Assembly: GCA_035524795.1 (NCBI GenBank)
Contig: DATKOF010000007.1
Coordinates: 19,732 to 83,731, forward strand
Source of the DNA: Burkholderiales bacterium
GTDB taxonomy: Bacteria > Pseudomonadota > Gammaproteobacteria > Burkholderiales > SG8-41
Direction: 5' to 3'
Length of the DNA: 64,000 bases
Below, one piece after another: positions 36,001-45,258 of this stretch. A model generated the notes under the pieces. That model ran no database searches. It saw only the letters and a list, made by a program, of their open reading frames with translations, and was not told the origin of the DNA. Numbering within the stretch: position 1 is the first letter of the stretch; every line of letters starts with the position of its first letter. The translations under genes and the position numbers were made by a program.

Positions 36001-36804
36001 CTACTCGCTGCCCTCGTTCCAGATCTGCCACCAGCGCTTGCCGCTCGGCACTTCGCCCTTCAGGTATTTGCTGTCGGGAAAATTTGTCTTCATCACGCGC
36101 TCGGCGTCGTTGCGCAGATCGGTCAATCCGAGCGCGTCATAGGCCTTGACCAGGATCAGCAGCCCTTCTTCGTTGGCCGGCGCCTGCGGATATTCCTTCA
36201 GCGAATACTGGACGCGGTTGGCCGCGCCGACGTAGGCGCCGCGCCTCAGATAGTAGCGCGCAACGTGGATTTCGTACGAGGCCAGCGCGTCGACCAGGTA
36301 ATGCATGTGCTGGATCGCGTCCGGCGCATATTTGCTGTTCGGAAAACGCGTCGCCAGATCCTTGAACCCTTCGAACGCCTCGCGCGCAGCCTTGGGATCG
36401 CGCTCGGTCGGATCCTGACCGATGTAGGAAGAAAGAAATCCCAGATCGCCGTTGAAATGGCACAGCGCCTTCAGGTAGTAGGCGTAGTCCACCGCCGGAT
36501 TGTTCGGGTGCAGCTTGATGAAGCGTTCGATCGCGTTGATCGCCGCTTCGGTATCGCCGCTTTTGTACTCCGCATAAGCGAGGTCGATCTGCGCCTGGAT
36601 CGCGAACCGGCTGTAGGGGTAGCGGATCTCGATCTGCTGATAGTACTTGATCGCCTTGTCCCAGTCGTGTTTGTCCATCGCTATCTTGGCTTCGCTGAAG
36701 AACTTGTCGTCTTTCCAGTTCTCGGTCTCGTCAGCCTTGTTTTTCAGCATGCCGCACGCGGCGAGACACAACGCGAGAAATATCGCTAAACTAGCCCGCT
36801 TCAT
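36001..36804 (-). CDS. bamD: Outer membrane protein assembly factor BamD
   Basis: 267 aa with a lipobox (LALCLAAC) and TPR-like repeats. It is divergent from rluD as in E. coli. Confidence 0.9.
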   Translation of the reverse strand: MKRASLAIFLALCLAACGMLKNKADETENWKDDKFFSEAKIAMDKHDWDKAIKYYQQIEIRYPYSRFAIQAQIDLAYAEYKSGDTEAAINAIERFIKLHPNNPAVDYAYYLKALCHFNGDLGFLSSYIGQDPTERDPKAAREAFEGFKDLATRFPNSKYAPDAIQHMHYLVDALASYEIHVARYYLRRGAYVGAANRVQYSLKEYPQAPANEEGLLILVKAYDALGLTDLRNDAERVMKTNFPDSKYLKGEVPSGKRWWQIWNEGSE

Positions 36805-36823
36805 GAAAATCGCTCCGAAATTG

Positions 36824-37789
36824 ATGCCCGATTATAGCCGATCGATCGTCGCAGCCGAGACGATCGAACTGACGCTGCCGCACCACTGCGCCGGGCAACG
36901 ACTGGATCAGGCATTGTCACTATTGTTGCCGCAGTATTCACGCAGCCGGCTCGCGCGCTGGATACGCGATGGCCAGGTCGAGCTCGACGGCCGGGCCGCG
37001 CTGCCCAAAGCCAAAATGTACGGCGGCGAGAAAATAAGGATCGCGCCGCTGCCCGACCCGTCCGCGACCGCCGCGCAGCCGGAAGCGATCGCGCTCGACG
37101 TCGTCTACGAGGACGACGCGCTGCTGGTCGTCAACAAGCCGGCTGGCCTCGTTGTCCATCCCGGCAGCGGCAACTGGAGCGGCACGCTGCTCAACGCGCT
37201 GCTCGCGCACGCGCCGGCGCTCGCCGCGCTGCCGCGCGCTGGCATCGTGCACCGGCTCGACAAGGACACCAGCGGCCTGCTGGTCGTCGCCAAGACGCTC
37301 GAAGCGCAGACCAGTCTGGTGCGCCAGCTGCAGGCGCGCAGCGTCAAACGCGAATATTTCGCGCTGGCACACGGCAAGATCGTGCGCGGCGGCAGCATCG
37401 AAGCGCCGATCGGCCGTCATCCGGCTCGGCGCACGCGGATGGCGGTCACCGCGCGTGGCAAGCCGGCAACCACGCATTACGAAATTCTGCGCCGCTACCC
37501 GCATGCGACGCTGCTGCGCTGCCGGCTCGAAACCGGCCGCACCCATCAAATCCGCGTCCATCTGCAGTCGATCGGCCATCCGCTGGTCGGCGATCCGGCC
37601 TATGGCCGCCGCGCTCATTCACGTGATGGGGCCGGCGCCGATCCGCTGCTCACCGCCTTTCCGCGGCAGGCGCTGCATGCACAACGCCTCGAACTGATCC
37701 ATCCTGCAAGCGGCAAACGCGTTGCCTGGGAGGCGCCGCTGCCGCCGGATTTAGAGGCACTGCTCGCCGCGCTCGACACGCAAAAGTGA
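36824..37789 (+). CDS. rluD: 23S rRNA pseudouridine synthase RluD
   Basis: It has an S4 domain (GQRLDQAL...SRSRLARWIRDGQV) and an RluA-family core (HRLDKDTSGLLVVAK, GRTHQIRVH). The start is uncertain: ATG 36824 (MPDYSRS) or ATG 36803 (MKIAPKL). Confidence 0.9.
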   Translation: MPDYSRSIVAAETIELTLPHHCAGQRLDQALSLLLPQYSRSRLARWIRDGQVELDGRAALPKAKMYGGEKIRIAPLPDPSATAAQPEAIALDVVYEDDALLVVNKPAGLVVHPGSGNWSGTLLNALLAHAPALAALPRAGIVHRLDKDTSGLLVVAKTLEAQTSLVRQLQARSVKREYFALAHGKIVRGGSIEAPIGRHPARRTRMAVTARGKPATTHYEILRRYPHATLLRCRLETGRTHQIRVHLQSIGHPLVGDPAYGRRAHSRDGAGADPLLTAFPRQALHAQRLELIHPASGKRVAWEAPLPPDLEALLAALDTQK

Positions 37790-38553
37790 ACATCCCCGCC
37801 GACTGGATCATTCCCGACTGGCCGGCGCCGGTAAACGTCAAAGGCCTGATCACGACGCGCCGCGGCGGCATCAGCAGCGGTCCCTATGCAAGCTGCAATC
37901 TCGGATTGCATGCCGGCGACGATGCGGCCGCAGTCGCCGCCAATCGCCGCCGGCTGCGCGAACTGCTGCCCGCCGAGCCGAAATGGCTCGAACAGGTGCA
38001 TGGCAACCGCGTGGTCGCCGCCGACGGTCTGACGGAAACCGCTGCAGCCGACGCCAGCGTCGCGCGCCAGCCGGGAACCGTCTGCGCGGTGATGATGGCC
38101 GATTGCCTGCCGGTGCTGCTGTGTGACCGCGACGGCAGTGTGGTCGGCATCGCGCACGCCGGCTGGCGCGGGCTCGCCGCCGGCGTCATCGAAAACACCG
38201 TGGGCACGATGGCGCTGCCGCCGCAACGCCTGCTCGCCTGGCTCGGACCCGCGATCGGCCCGGCCGCGTTCGAGGTCGGCGCCGAAGTGCGCGATGCTTT
38301 TGTCACGCACGATCCGGCGGCCGCCGCAGCGTTCGTGCCGTCGCGGCAGACCGACAAATGGCGCGCCGACCTTTATGCGCTCGCGCGACAGCGTCTCGCG
38401 CGCTGCGGGGTCGCACCAATATATGGCGGCGGCCTGTGCACCGCGAGCGATCCGGCGCGCTTCTATTCGCATCGCCGCGACCGCGTCACCGGCCGCATGG
38501 CGGCGCTGATCTGGCTCGCGCCCGGCGCGGAAAAGTTGACGCGTCATCTATAA
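37786..38553 (+). CDS. pgeF: Peptidoglycan editing factor PgeF (YfiH/DUF152 laccase-domain protein)
   Basis: 255 aa. The GTG start overlaps the rluD stop (GTGA). Motifs include QVHG..V, ADC.P, HAGWRG and CT....FYSHRRD. Confidence 0.88.
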   Translation: MNIPADWIIPDWPAPVNVKGLITTRRGGISSGPYASCNLGLHAGDDAAAVAANRRRLRELLPAEPKWLEQVHGNRVVAADGLTETAAADASVARQPGTVCAVMMADCLPVLLCDRDGSVVGIAHAGWRGLAAGVIENTVGTMALPPQRLLAWLGPAIGPAAFEVGAEVRDAFVTHDPAAAAAFVPSRQTDKWRADLYALARQRLARCGVAPIYGGGLCTASDPARFYSHRRDRVTGRMAALIWLAPGAEKLTRHL

Positions 38554-38566
38554 TGACTGCACTACC

Positions 38567-39340
38567 TTGAACGCCCTGACCGGAATTCTCGTTGCGACGG
38601 TGGCCGGCGGCGCGCTGAGCGCGACCGCCGCGGCGGCATTCGCCTTCAGCGCGCGCCCGGTCCATGTGCCAGCGCTGATCAGCTTCGCGATCGGCGCGCT
38701 GCTCGGCGCCGCGTTCCTCGAAATCCTGCCGCATGCATTTGAAACCTCGCCCAGCCCGACGCGCATCACCGCAATGGTGCTGGCCGGCATCCTGCTGTTC
38801 TTCGTCCTCGAGAAGCTGGTGCTGTGGCGTCACTGCCACGAGGAGCAGTGCGAAGCGCATGAATTGCGCGCGGCGCCGCACGATCACGGCCGCAGCGGCC
38901 TGATGATCATGATCGGCACCACTTTCCACAATTTCGTCGACGGCATCCTGATCGCGACCGCCTTCCTCGCCGACCTGCAGGTCGGCGTGGTGACCGCAAT
39001 CGCGATCATCACGCACGAGGTGCCGCAGGAAATCGGCGACTTTCTGGTGCTGTTGCATTCCGGCTATCCGCGGCGCGTCGCGTTCGCGGTCAACATCCTG
39101 TCGAGCCTGGCGATGACGGCGGGCGGCGTGTTCGCCTATTTCGCGCTGAAGACGATGCAGCAGTGGATACCGCCGCTGCTCGGGCTTGCCGCCGCCAGCA
39201 TGATCTATGTCGCGGTCGCCGATCTGATTCCGGGCCTGCACCGCCGCCCCGAACTTCACGCCACTTTTCAGCAGGTCACTCTGATCTGCGCCGGCATTTT
39301 CACGGTGTGGGGCGTCGGCGCGCTGGTACGCGAGTCCTGA
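38567..39340 (+). CDS. ZIP-family divalent metal (zinc) transporter
   Basis: 257 aa with a TTG start. It has a His-rich loop (HCHEEQCEAHELRAAPHDHG) and the ZIP signature HNFVDGILIA...ITHEVPQEIGDF. Confidence 0.8.
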   Translation: MNALTGILVATVAGGALSATAAAAFAFSARPVHVPALISFAIGALLGAAFLEILPHAFETSPSPTRITAMVLAGILLFFVLEKLVLWRHCHEEQCEAHELRAAPHDHGRSGLMIMIGTTFHNFVDGILIATAFLADLQVGVVTAIAIITHEVPQEIGDFLVLLHSGYPRRVAFAVNILSSLAMTAGGVFAYFALKTMQQWIPPLLGLAAASMIYVAVADLIPGLHRRPELHATFQQVTLICAGIFTVWGVGALVRES

Positions 39341-39353
39341 GATCCGCGCCGCG

Positions 39354-41120
39354 ATGAACTCTCCGCAAACCCTGATGCAGGCGCTGCTCGACCAGGCCGG
39401 CCGCGCCAGCGCCGAACAGGCGCAAAGCATCGTTCAGTCACTGGCGACTGAACAGCGGATACGGGACACCACGCTGCTCGACGCACTGACCGCCGCCCTC
39501 GCGCAGGACAGCGAGCAGCTGAACGAAATCCAGCAGCGCTACTACCGGCAGCATCTCGAACTGTGGAAACGCGTGATCGCGCGCGCCGACCAGGGCGCGG
39601 CCGCCGCGCCGGTGATCGCACCGGAGAAAACCGACCGCCGCTTCCAGTCGCCGGAATGGAATGAATTGCCGTTCTTCGATTATCTGAAACAGGCCTATTT
39701 GCTGAACTCGCGCTGGCTCGGAGAAATGGTTGAAGCGGCGGCGCTTGACGCGCCGGCCAAGCACCGGCTGCGCTTCTTCACGCGCCAGTGGCTCGATGCC
39801 GTGGCCCCCGCCAATTTTCCGGCGACCAACCCGGAAGTTCTGAAACTGGCACAGCAGACCGGCGGCGAAAGCCTGTTGCGCGGCATCGAAAACCTGAATG
39901 CCGATCTGAAAAAGGGCCGCATTACGATGACCGACGAGGCGGCGTTCGAAGTCGGCCGCAATCTCGCGGTCACTCCCGGCGCGGTCGTATTCGAAAACGA
40001 TCTGATGCAGCTGATCCAGTACGCGCCGTTGACCGAGACCGTGCACGAAAAACCGCTGCTGATCGTGCCGCCGTGCATCAACAAGTACTATATCCTCGAT
40101 CTGCAGCCCGACAATTCATTCGTGCGCTACGCGGTCGCGCAGGGCCATACCGTATTCATGGTGTCGTGGCGCAACGTGCCGCAGGAAATGGGGCGCGTGA
40201 CGTGGGACGAATACCTCGAGCGCGGCGTGATCCGGGCAATCGATGCCGTGCTCGAAATCTGCGGCAGTGGACAGCTCAACGCGCTTGGTTTCTGCATCGG
40301 CGGCACGCTGCTGGCGCCGGCGCTCGCGGTGCTGCGCGCGCGTGAACGCGAGCCGGCGGCAAGCCTGACGCTGCTGACCGCGATGCTCGATTTCAGCGAC
40401 GTCGGTGATCTTGCGGTGTTCGTCGATGAGAATTACGTTACGAAACGCGAGCAGGATTTTGCCGCGGGCGGCGTGCTGAACGGCCGCGAACTGGGGCTGA
40501 CGTTTTCGAGCCTGCGCGCCAACGAGCTGATCTGGAACTACGTCGTCAACAATTACCTGAAGGGGCAACAGCCGGAACCATTCGACCTGCTCTACTGGAA
40601 CAGCGACAGCACCAACCTGCCGGGCGCGATGTACGTGTATTACCTGCGTAACACCTATCTCGAGAACAACCTGCGCGTGCCGGGCAGGCTGACGATGTGC
40701 GGCGTACCGATCGACCTCGACACGGTCGCCGCGCCGGCCTATGTGCTCGCCGCGCGCGAGGACCACATCGTGCCGTGGAAGACCGCCTACCAAAGCACCC
40801 AATTGCTCGGCGGGCAGTGCGAGTTCGTGCTGACCGCGAGCGGCCACATCGCCGGCGTCGTCAATCCTGCAGCGAAGAACAAGCGCCACTACTGGCTCAA
40901 TACGGATCTGCCGGCCGACGCCGATGCGTGGTTCGCCGCCGCCGCGCAGCGGCCGGGCAGCTGGTGGTCGCACTGGAGCGGATGGCTCGCGCCGTTCGGC
41001 GGCATGCAAGTGCCGGCGCGCCCGCCCGGCGGCGCGAAATATCCGGCCATCGAACCCGCGCCCGGACGCTACGTGAAAGAGAGGATTCAGGATACAGGAT
41101 TCGGGATTCAGTCTGACTGA
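39354..41120 (+). CDS. phaC: Class I poly(3-hydroxyalkanoate) synthase
   Basis: 588 aa with the lipase-box-like GFCIGG carrying the catalytic Cys. The conserved PhaC N-terminal region (RFQSPEWNELPFFDYLKQAYL) is present. Confidence 0.92.
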   Translation: MNSPQTLMQALLDQAGRASAEQAQSIVQSLATEQRIRDTTLLDALTAALAQDSEQLNEIQQRYYRQHLELWKRVIARADQGAAAAPVIAPEKTDRRFQSPEWNELPFFDYLKQAYLLNSRWLGEMVEAAALDAPAKHRLRFFTRQWLDAVAPANFPATNPEVLKLAQQTGGESLLRGIENLNADLKKGRITMTDEAAFEVGRNLAVTPGAVVFENDLMQLIQYAPLTETVHEKPLLIVPPCINKYYILDLQPDNSFVRYAVAQGHTVFMVSWRNVPQEMGRVTWDEYLERGVIRAIDAVLEICGSGQLNALGFCIGGTLLAPALAVLRAREREPAASLTLLTAMLDFSDVGDLAVFVDENYVTKREQDFAAGGVLNGRELGLTFSSLRANELIWNYVVNNYLKGQQPEPFDLLYWNSDSTNLPGAMYVYYLRNTYLENNLRVPGRLTMCGVPIDLDTVAAPAYVLAAREDHIVPWKTAYQSTQLLGGQCEFVLTASGHIAGVVNPAAKNKRHYWLNTDLPADADAWFAAAAQRPGSWWSHWSGWLAPFGGMQVPARPPGGAKYPAIEPAPGRYVKERIQDTGFGIQSD

Positions 41121-41176
41121 GGTCTCCTGTATCCTGTAATGCCGCGGCTCTGCGGTTCACTTGTAAGGATTATTAT

Positions 41177-41920
41177 ATGTCTCAACGCATCGCTGTCGTG
41201 ACCGGCGGCATGGGCGGCCTCGGCGAGGCCATCTGCGCCAAGCTGTCGGACATGGGATACCGGGTTGTCGCCACTCATTCGCCGGGCAACGCAAAGTCCG
41301 CATCGTGGCTGGCCGAAATGAAGAAACGCGGCCGTTCGTTCCATACCGTCGAGGTCGATGTCGCCGATTTCGATTCGTGCGCACAGGCCGTGGCGCGGGT
41401 CGAAGCCGAGGTCGGCCCGATCGACGTGATGGTCAACAATGCCGGTATCACGCGCGACATGACGTTCAAAAAGATGGGCAGGCCGGACTGGGACGCCGTG
41501 CTGCGCACCGATCTCGACAGTGTATTCAACATGACCAAGCCGGTGTGCGACGGCATGGTCGAGCGCGGCTGGGGTCGCATCATCAACATCTCATCGGTCA
41601 ACGGCCAGAAAGGCGCGTTCGGGCAGACCAACTACGCGGCGGCCAAGGCCGGCATGCACGGCTTCACCAAGGCGCTCGCGCTCGAGGTCGCGAAGAAAGG
41701 CGTCACCGTCAACACCATCTCGCCGGGGTACATCGCGACCAGGATGGTGCTGGCGATCCCGCAGGAAATCCTCGATACCAAGATCATCCCGCAGATTCCG
41801 CTCGGCCGCCTCGGCAAACCGGAGGAAGTCGCCGGCCTCGTCGCCTATCTATGTTCGGACGAAGCGGCGTTCGTGACCGGCGCCAACATCGCGATCAACG
41901 GCGGGCAGCACATGTATTGA
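41177..41920 (+). CDS. phaB: Acetoacetyl-CoA reductase (SDR family)
   Basis: 247 aa. MSQRIAVVTGGMGGLG..., NNAGITRD, YAAAKAGMHGFTKALA. Sequence and context match PhaB. Confidence 0.9.
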   Translation: MSQRIAVVTGGMGGLGEAICAKLSDMGYRVVATHSPGNAKSASWLAEMKKRGRSFHTVEVDVADFDSCAQAVARVEAEVGPIDVMVNNAGITRDMTFKKMGRPDWDAVLRTDLDSVFNMTKPVCDGMVERGWGRIINISSVNGQKGAFGQTNYAAAKAGMHGFTKALALEVAKKGVTVNTISPGYIATRMVLAIPQEILDTKIIPQIPLGRLGKPEEVAGLVAYLCSDEAAFVTGANIAINGGQHMY

Positions 41921-41931
41921 CCGCGGTTTGC

Positions 41932-41960
41932 TTGAACCGCCGTCCGAGCGGTGCTAGATT
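41932..41960 (+). promoter_or_regulatory. Candidate sigma-70 promoter for phaR
   Basis: TTGAAC (41932-41937), N17, TAGATT (41955-41960), about 105 nt upstream of the phaR ATG. Confidence 0.3.
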
Positions 41961-42065
41961 ACTTCCTCGCGCGCCCGCCGGGCGACCGATCCATGCGAGC
42001 GCTGACGGCCGACTGCCGGGATATGGCGGACAACCGATCAGCGCCACTCTGACCAAAGGCCTGAC

Positions 42066-42701
42066 ATGAGCAATGACGTTCGGATCATCAAGAAATACCC
42101 GAACCGCCGCCTCTACGACACGGCGACCAGCAGCTATATCACGCTCGAAGACGTCAAGAAGCTGGTGCTCGACCAGGTCGAGTTCAAGGTCGAGGACGCC
42201 AAGACCCACGAAGATCTGACGCGCAGCATCCTGCTGCAGATCATTCTCGAAGAAGAAAGCGGCAACGGCGCGCCGATGTTTTCGAGCGGCGTGCTGGCCC
42301 AGATCATCCGCACCTACGGCCAGACGATGCAGGGCATGATGGGCAGTTACCTCGAAAAGAACATCCAGACCTTCATCGACATCCAGAAGAAACTGCAGGA
42401 ACAGTCGCGTTCGTTGTACGGCGACACCGCGCCCCTTTCGAATGCCGACGCATGGAGCGAATTCCTGAAGATGCAGGGGCCGGCGATCCAGGGGCTGATG
42501 GGGCGCTACCTCGAGCAGAGCGCCAACGCGTTCCTCGAAATGCAGAAACAGATGCAGAAGCAGACCCGCAGCCTGTTCGGCAATTTCCCGTTTCCGAATT
42601 TCACGCCCCCTGTCGCGCCTTCGAAACCCGAGAACGACCATGCCGCCGATAACAAAAGCACCCCGTCCAAGGACGAAGGCGGCGAAAAAACCGGTACCTG
42701 A
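42066..42701 (+). CDS. phaR: Polyhydroxyalkanoate synthesis repressor PhaR
   Basis: 211 aa. [34 protein letters not shown] is the canonical PhaR N-terminal DNA-binding motif. Confidence 0.9.
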   Translation: MSNDVRIIKKYPNRRLYDTATSSYITLEDVKKLVLDQVEFKVEDAKTHEDLTRSILLQIILEEESGNGAPMFSSGVLAQIIRTYGQTMQGMMGSYLEKNIQTFIDIQKKLQEQSRSLYGDTAPLSNADAWSEFLKMQGPAIQGLMGRYLEQSANAFLEMQKQMQKQTRSLFGNFPFPNFTPPVAPSKPENDHAADNKSTPSKDEGGEKTGT

Positions 42702-44025
42702 GCACGCGCGGGCGCGGCCTGCGCCCAGAATCGGCTTCGTCTCGCTCGGCTGTCCGAAAGCGCTGGTCGATTCCGAGCGCGTGCTGACGCAGCTGCGCGC
42801 CGAAGGCTACCTGATCGCGCCGAGTTACGATGACGCCGATCTCGTCGTCGTCAACACCTGCGGTTTCATCGACAGTGCGGTCGAGGAATCACTGGCTGCG
42901 ATCGGCGAGGCGCTCGCCGAAAACGGCAAAGTAATCGTCACCGGTTGCCTCGGCGCCAAGGGCGACATCGTCAAGCGCAATCATCCGCGCGTGCTGGCAG
43001 TGACCGGCCCGCATGCGACCGATGAGGTGATGGCGGCGGTGCATGCGCAGCTGCCCAGACCGCATGATCCGTATAGCGACCTCGTCCCTGCGCAAGGCAT
43101 CAAACTGACGCCCGGACATTACGCGTACCTGAAAATCGCCGAAGGCTGCAACCATCGTTGCACGTTCTGCATCATTCCCTCGATGCGCGGTGATCTGGTC
43201 AGCCGGCCGGTCGGCGACGTGATGCAGGAGGCCGAAAATCTGGTCAGGGCCGGCGTCAGGGAACTGCTGGTGATCTCGCAGGACACCAGCGCCTACGGTG
43301 TGGACATCAAATACCGCACCGGTTTCTGGAACGGCCGGCCGCTGAAAACGCGGATCACCGAACTCGCCGCCGCGCTGGCAACTCTGGGCGTCTGGGTGCG
43401 GCTGCATTACGTCTATCCCTACCCGCATGTGGACGAAGTAATTCCATTGATGACCGAAGGCAAGCTGTTGCCCTATCTCGATGTGCCGTTCCAGCACGCG
43501 AGCCCGCGCATACTGAAGGCGATGAAGCGCCCCGCGAGTTCAGAGGACAACCTGACGCGCATCCGGCGCTGGCGCGATACCTGTCCCGAGCTGACGATCC
43601 GCAGCACCTTCATCGTCGGTTTTCCCGGCGAGTCCGAACGGGATTTCGAGCAGCTGCTTGAATTTCTCGAAGCGGCGCAGCTCGACCGCGTCGGCTGCTT
43701 CGCCTATTCGCCGGTCGACGGCGCGCGCGCCAACACGTTGCCCGATCATGTGCCGGAAGAGATCAAACAGGAACGCCTGGCGCACTTCATGACGTTCCAG
43801 GAAAGAATCAGCGCCGCCAAATTGAAGCGCAAGGTCGGCGCCACGCTGTGCGTGCTGGTCGACGAGATCACGCCGCATGGCGCAATCGCCCGCAGCGCCG
43901 CCGATGCGCCGGAGATCGACGGCATTGTGCGCGTCGCCCCTTCGCCCGCGCTGAAAGCCGGTGAATTCGCGACGGTGCGCGTCACACGCTCCGACGCTCA
44001 CGATCTGTGGGCCGGGATTTCGTGA
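42640..44025 (+). CDS. rimO: Ribosomal protein S12 methylthiotransferase RimO
   Basis: It has UPF0004 ([16 protein letters not shown]), the radical-SAM motif CNHRCTFC and a C-terminal TRAM domain. The only start in the track (42640) overlaps phaR by 62 nt, so the true start may be downstream. Confidence 0.9.
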   Translation: MPPITKAPRPRTKAAKKPVPEHARARPAPRIGFVSLGCPKALVDSERVLTQLRAEGYLIAPSYDDADLVVVNTCGFIDSAVEESLAAIGEALAENGKVIVTGCLGAKGDIVKRNHPRVLAVTGPHATDEVMAAVHAQLPRPHDPYSDLVPAQGIKLTPGHYAYLKIAEGCNHRCTFCIIPSMRGDLVSRPVGDVMQEAENLVRAGVRELLVISQDTSAYGVDIKYRTGFWNGRPLKTRITELAAALATLGVWVRLHYVYPYPHVDEVIPLMTEGKLLPYLDVPFQHASPRILKAMKRPASSEDNLTRIRRWRDTCPELTIRSTFIVGFPGESERDFEQLLEFLEAAQLDRVGCFAYSPVDGARANTLPDHVPEEIKQERLAHFMTFQERISAAKLKRKVGATLCVLVDEITPHGAIARSAADAPEIDGIVRVAPSPALKAGEFATVRVTRSDAHDLWAGIS

Positions 44026-44054
44026 CTCCCGCTTCCGCCCGGAGGCGAAACGAA

Positions 44055-45251
44055 ATGAAGAACGGCAATGCCCCGGCGGAGTCGTCGCTGCTGTCGCTGC
44101 CGATGATGGCAGTGATGACGGCACAGTTTCTCTCCGCGTTCGGCGACAACGCGCTGCTGATCGCCGCGATAGCGCTGCTCAAGAGCCAGAACGATGCGAA
44201 TCTGGTGCCCTGGCTGCAGGAATCGTTCATCGTTCCCTACATCCTGCTCGCGCCGTTTGCCGGGCCGATCGCGGATTCGTTTCCGAAAGGGCGCGTGATG
44301 TTCGGCAGCAACGCGCTCAAACTCGCCGGCACCGCGCTGATCGTCGCCGGAATCCATCCCCTGTCAGGCTATGCGCTGGTCGGCGTCGGTGCCGCGATCT
44401 ATTCTCCGGCCAAATACGGAATACTGACGCAACTGTTCGATACCACGAAACTGGTGCGCGCCAACGGCCTGCTCGAAGGTTCGACGATCGCCGCGATCCT
44501 GCTCGGCACCGTCAGCGGCGGCGAACTCGCCGACCATTCGGTAACCCTGGCGCTGCTTGCAGTAGTCATCCTCTACGTGTCGGCAGCGGCGGTCAACCTG
44601 CTGATCCCGCGCCTGCCGCCCGAACATCCGCTGTCGCAGTTCAGGCCATCGCTGCTGGTCAGGGATTTTTTCAGCGCGCTCGCAGCGCTGACCGCGGACC
44701 GCGACGCGCGCTTCAGCCTGATCGGCACCAGTGTGTTCTGGGGCGCCGGCGCCGCACTGCGGCTGCTGCTGTTCGCCTGGGTGCCGGTCGCGCTCGGCAT
44801 CGCGGACAATAAAACGCCGTCGTATCTGATGGCCGCGCTGTCGATCGGCATCGTGTTCGGCGCGCTGGCGGCGGGCGGCTTCGTTACGCTCGTCCGCGTC
44901 AATCGCGCACTGTTCGGCGGACTGCTGCTCGGCCCGCTGATCCTTGCTTTCGCTTACTCCTCGGGAATCGCGCCGGCCGCCGTTTTGCTGATATCGATCG
45001 GGATCTGCGGCGGGATTTTTGCAGTGCCGCTCAACGCGCTGCTGCAGGAACGCGGCCACCAAAGCACCGGTGCCGGTCATGCCGTTGCGGCGCAGAACCT
45101 GTTCGAAAATCTGAGCATGCTGCTGTTCGTCGGTCTCTACGCCGGCATGCAGGCATCACTGATGACCGCCATAACATCGGTAGCGGCGTTCGGCGGCCTG
45201 CTGCTCGCAGGCTTGACGGCGCTTTCCCTCTGGCGCCTGAAGCGGCGCTAG
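44055..45251 (+). CDS. lplT: MFS lysophospholipid transporter LplT
   Basis: The product is polytopic MFS. FLSAFGDNALLIAAIALL...PFAGPIADSFPKGRVM is typical of LplT. The ATG at 44055 (MKNGN) is preferred over the overlapping 44007. Confidence 0.75.
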   Translation: MKNGNAPAESSLLSLPMMAVMTAQFLSAFGDNALLIAAIALLKSQNDANLVPWLQESFIVPYILLAPFAGPIADSFPKGRVMFGSNALKLAGTALIVAGIHPLSGYALVGVGAAIYSPAKYGILTQLFDTTKLVRANGLLEGSTIAAILLGTVSGGELADHSVTLALLAVVILYVSAAAVNLLIPRLPPEHPLSQFRPSLLVRDFFSALAALTADRDARFSLIGTSVFWGAGAALRLLLFAWVPVALGIADNKTPSYLMAALSIGIVFGALAAGGFVTLVRVNRALFGGLLLGPLILAFAYSSGIAPAAVLLISIGICGGIFAVPLNALLQERGHQSTGAGHAVAAQNLFENLSMLLFVGLYAGMQASLMTAITSVAAFGGLLLAGLTALSLWRLKRR

Positions 45252-45258
45252 CGGCACG

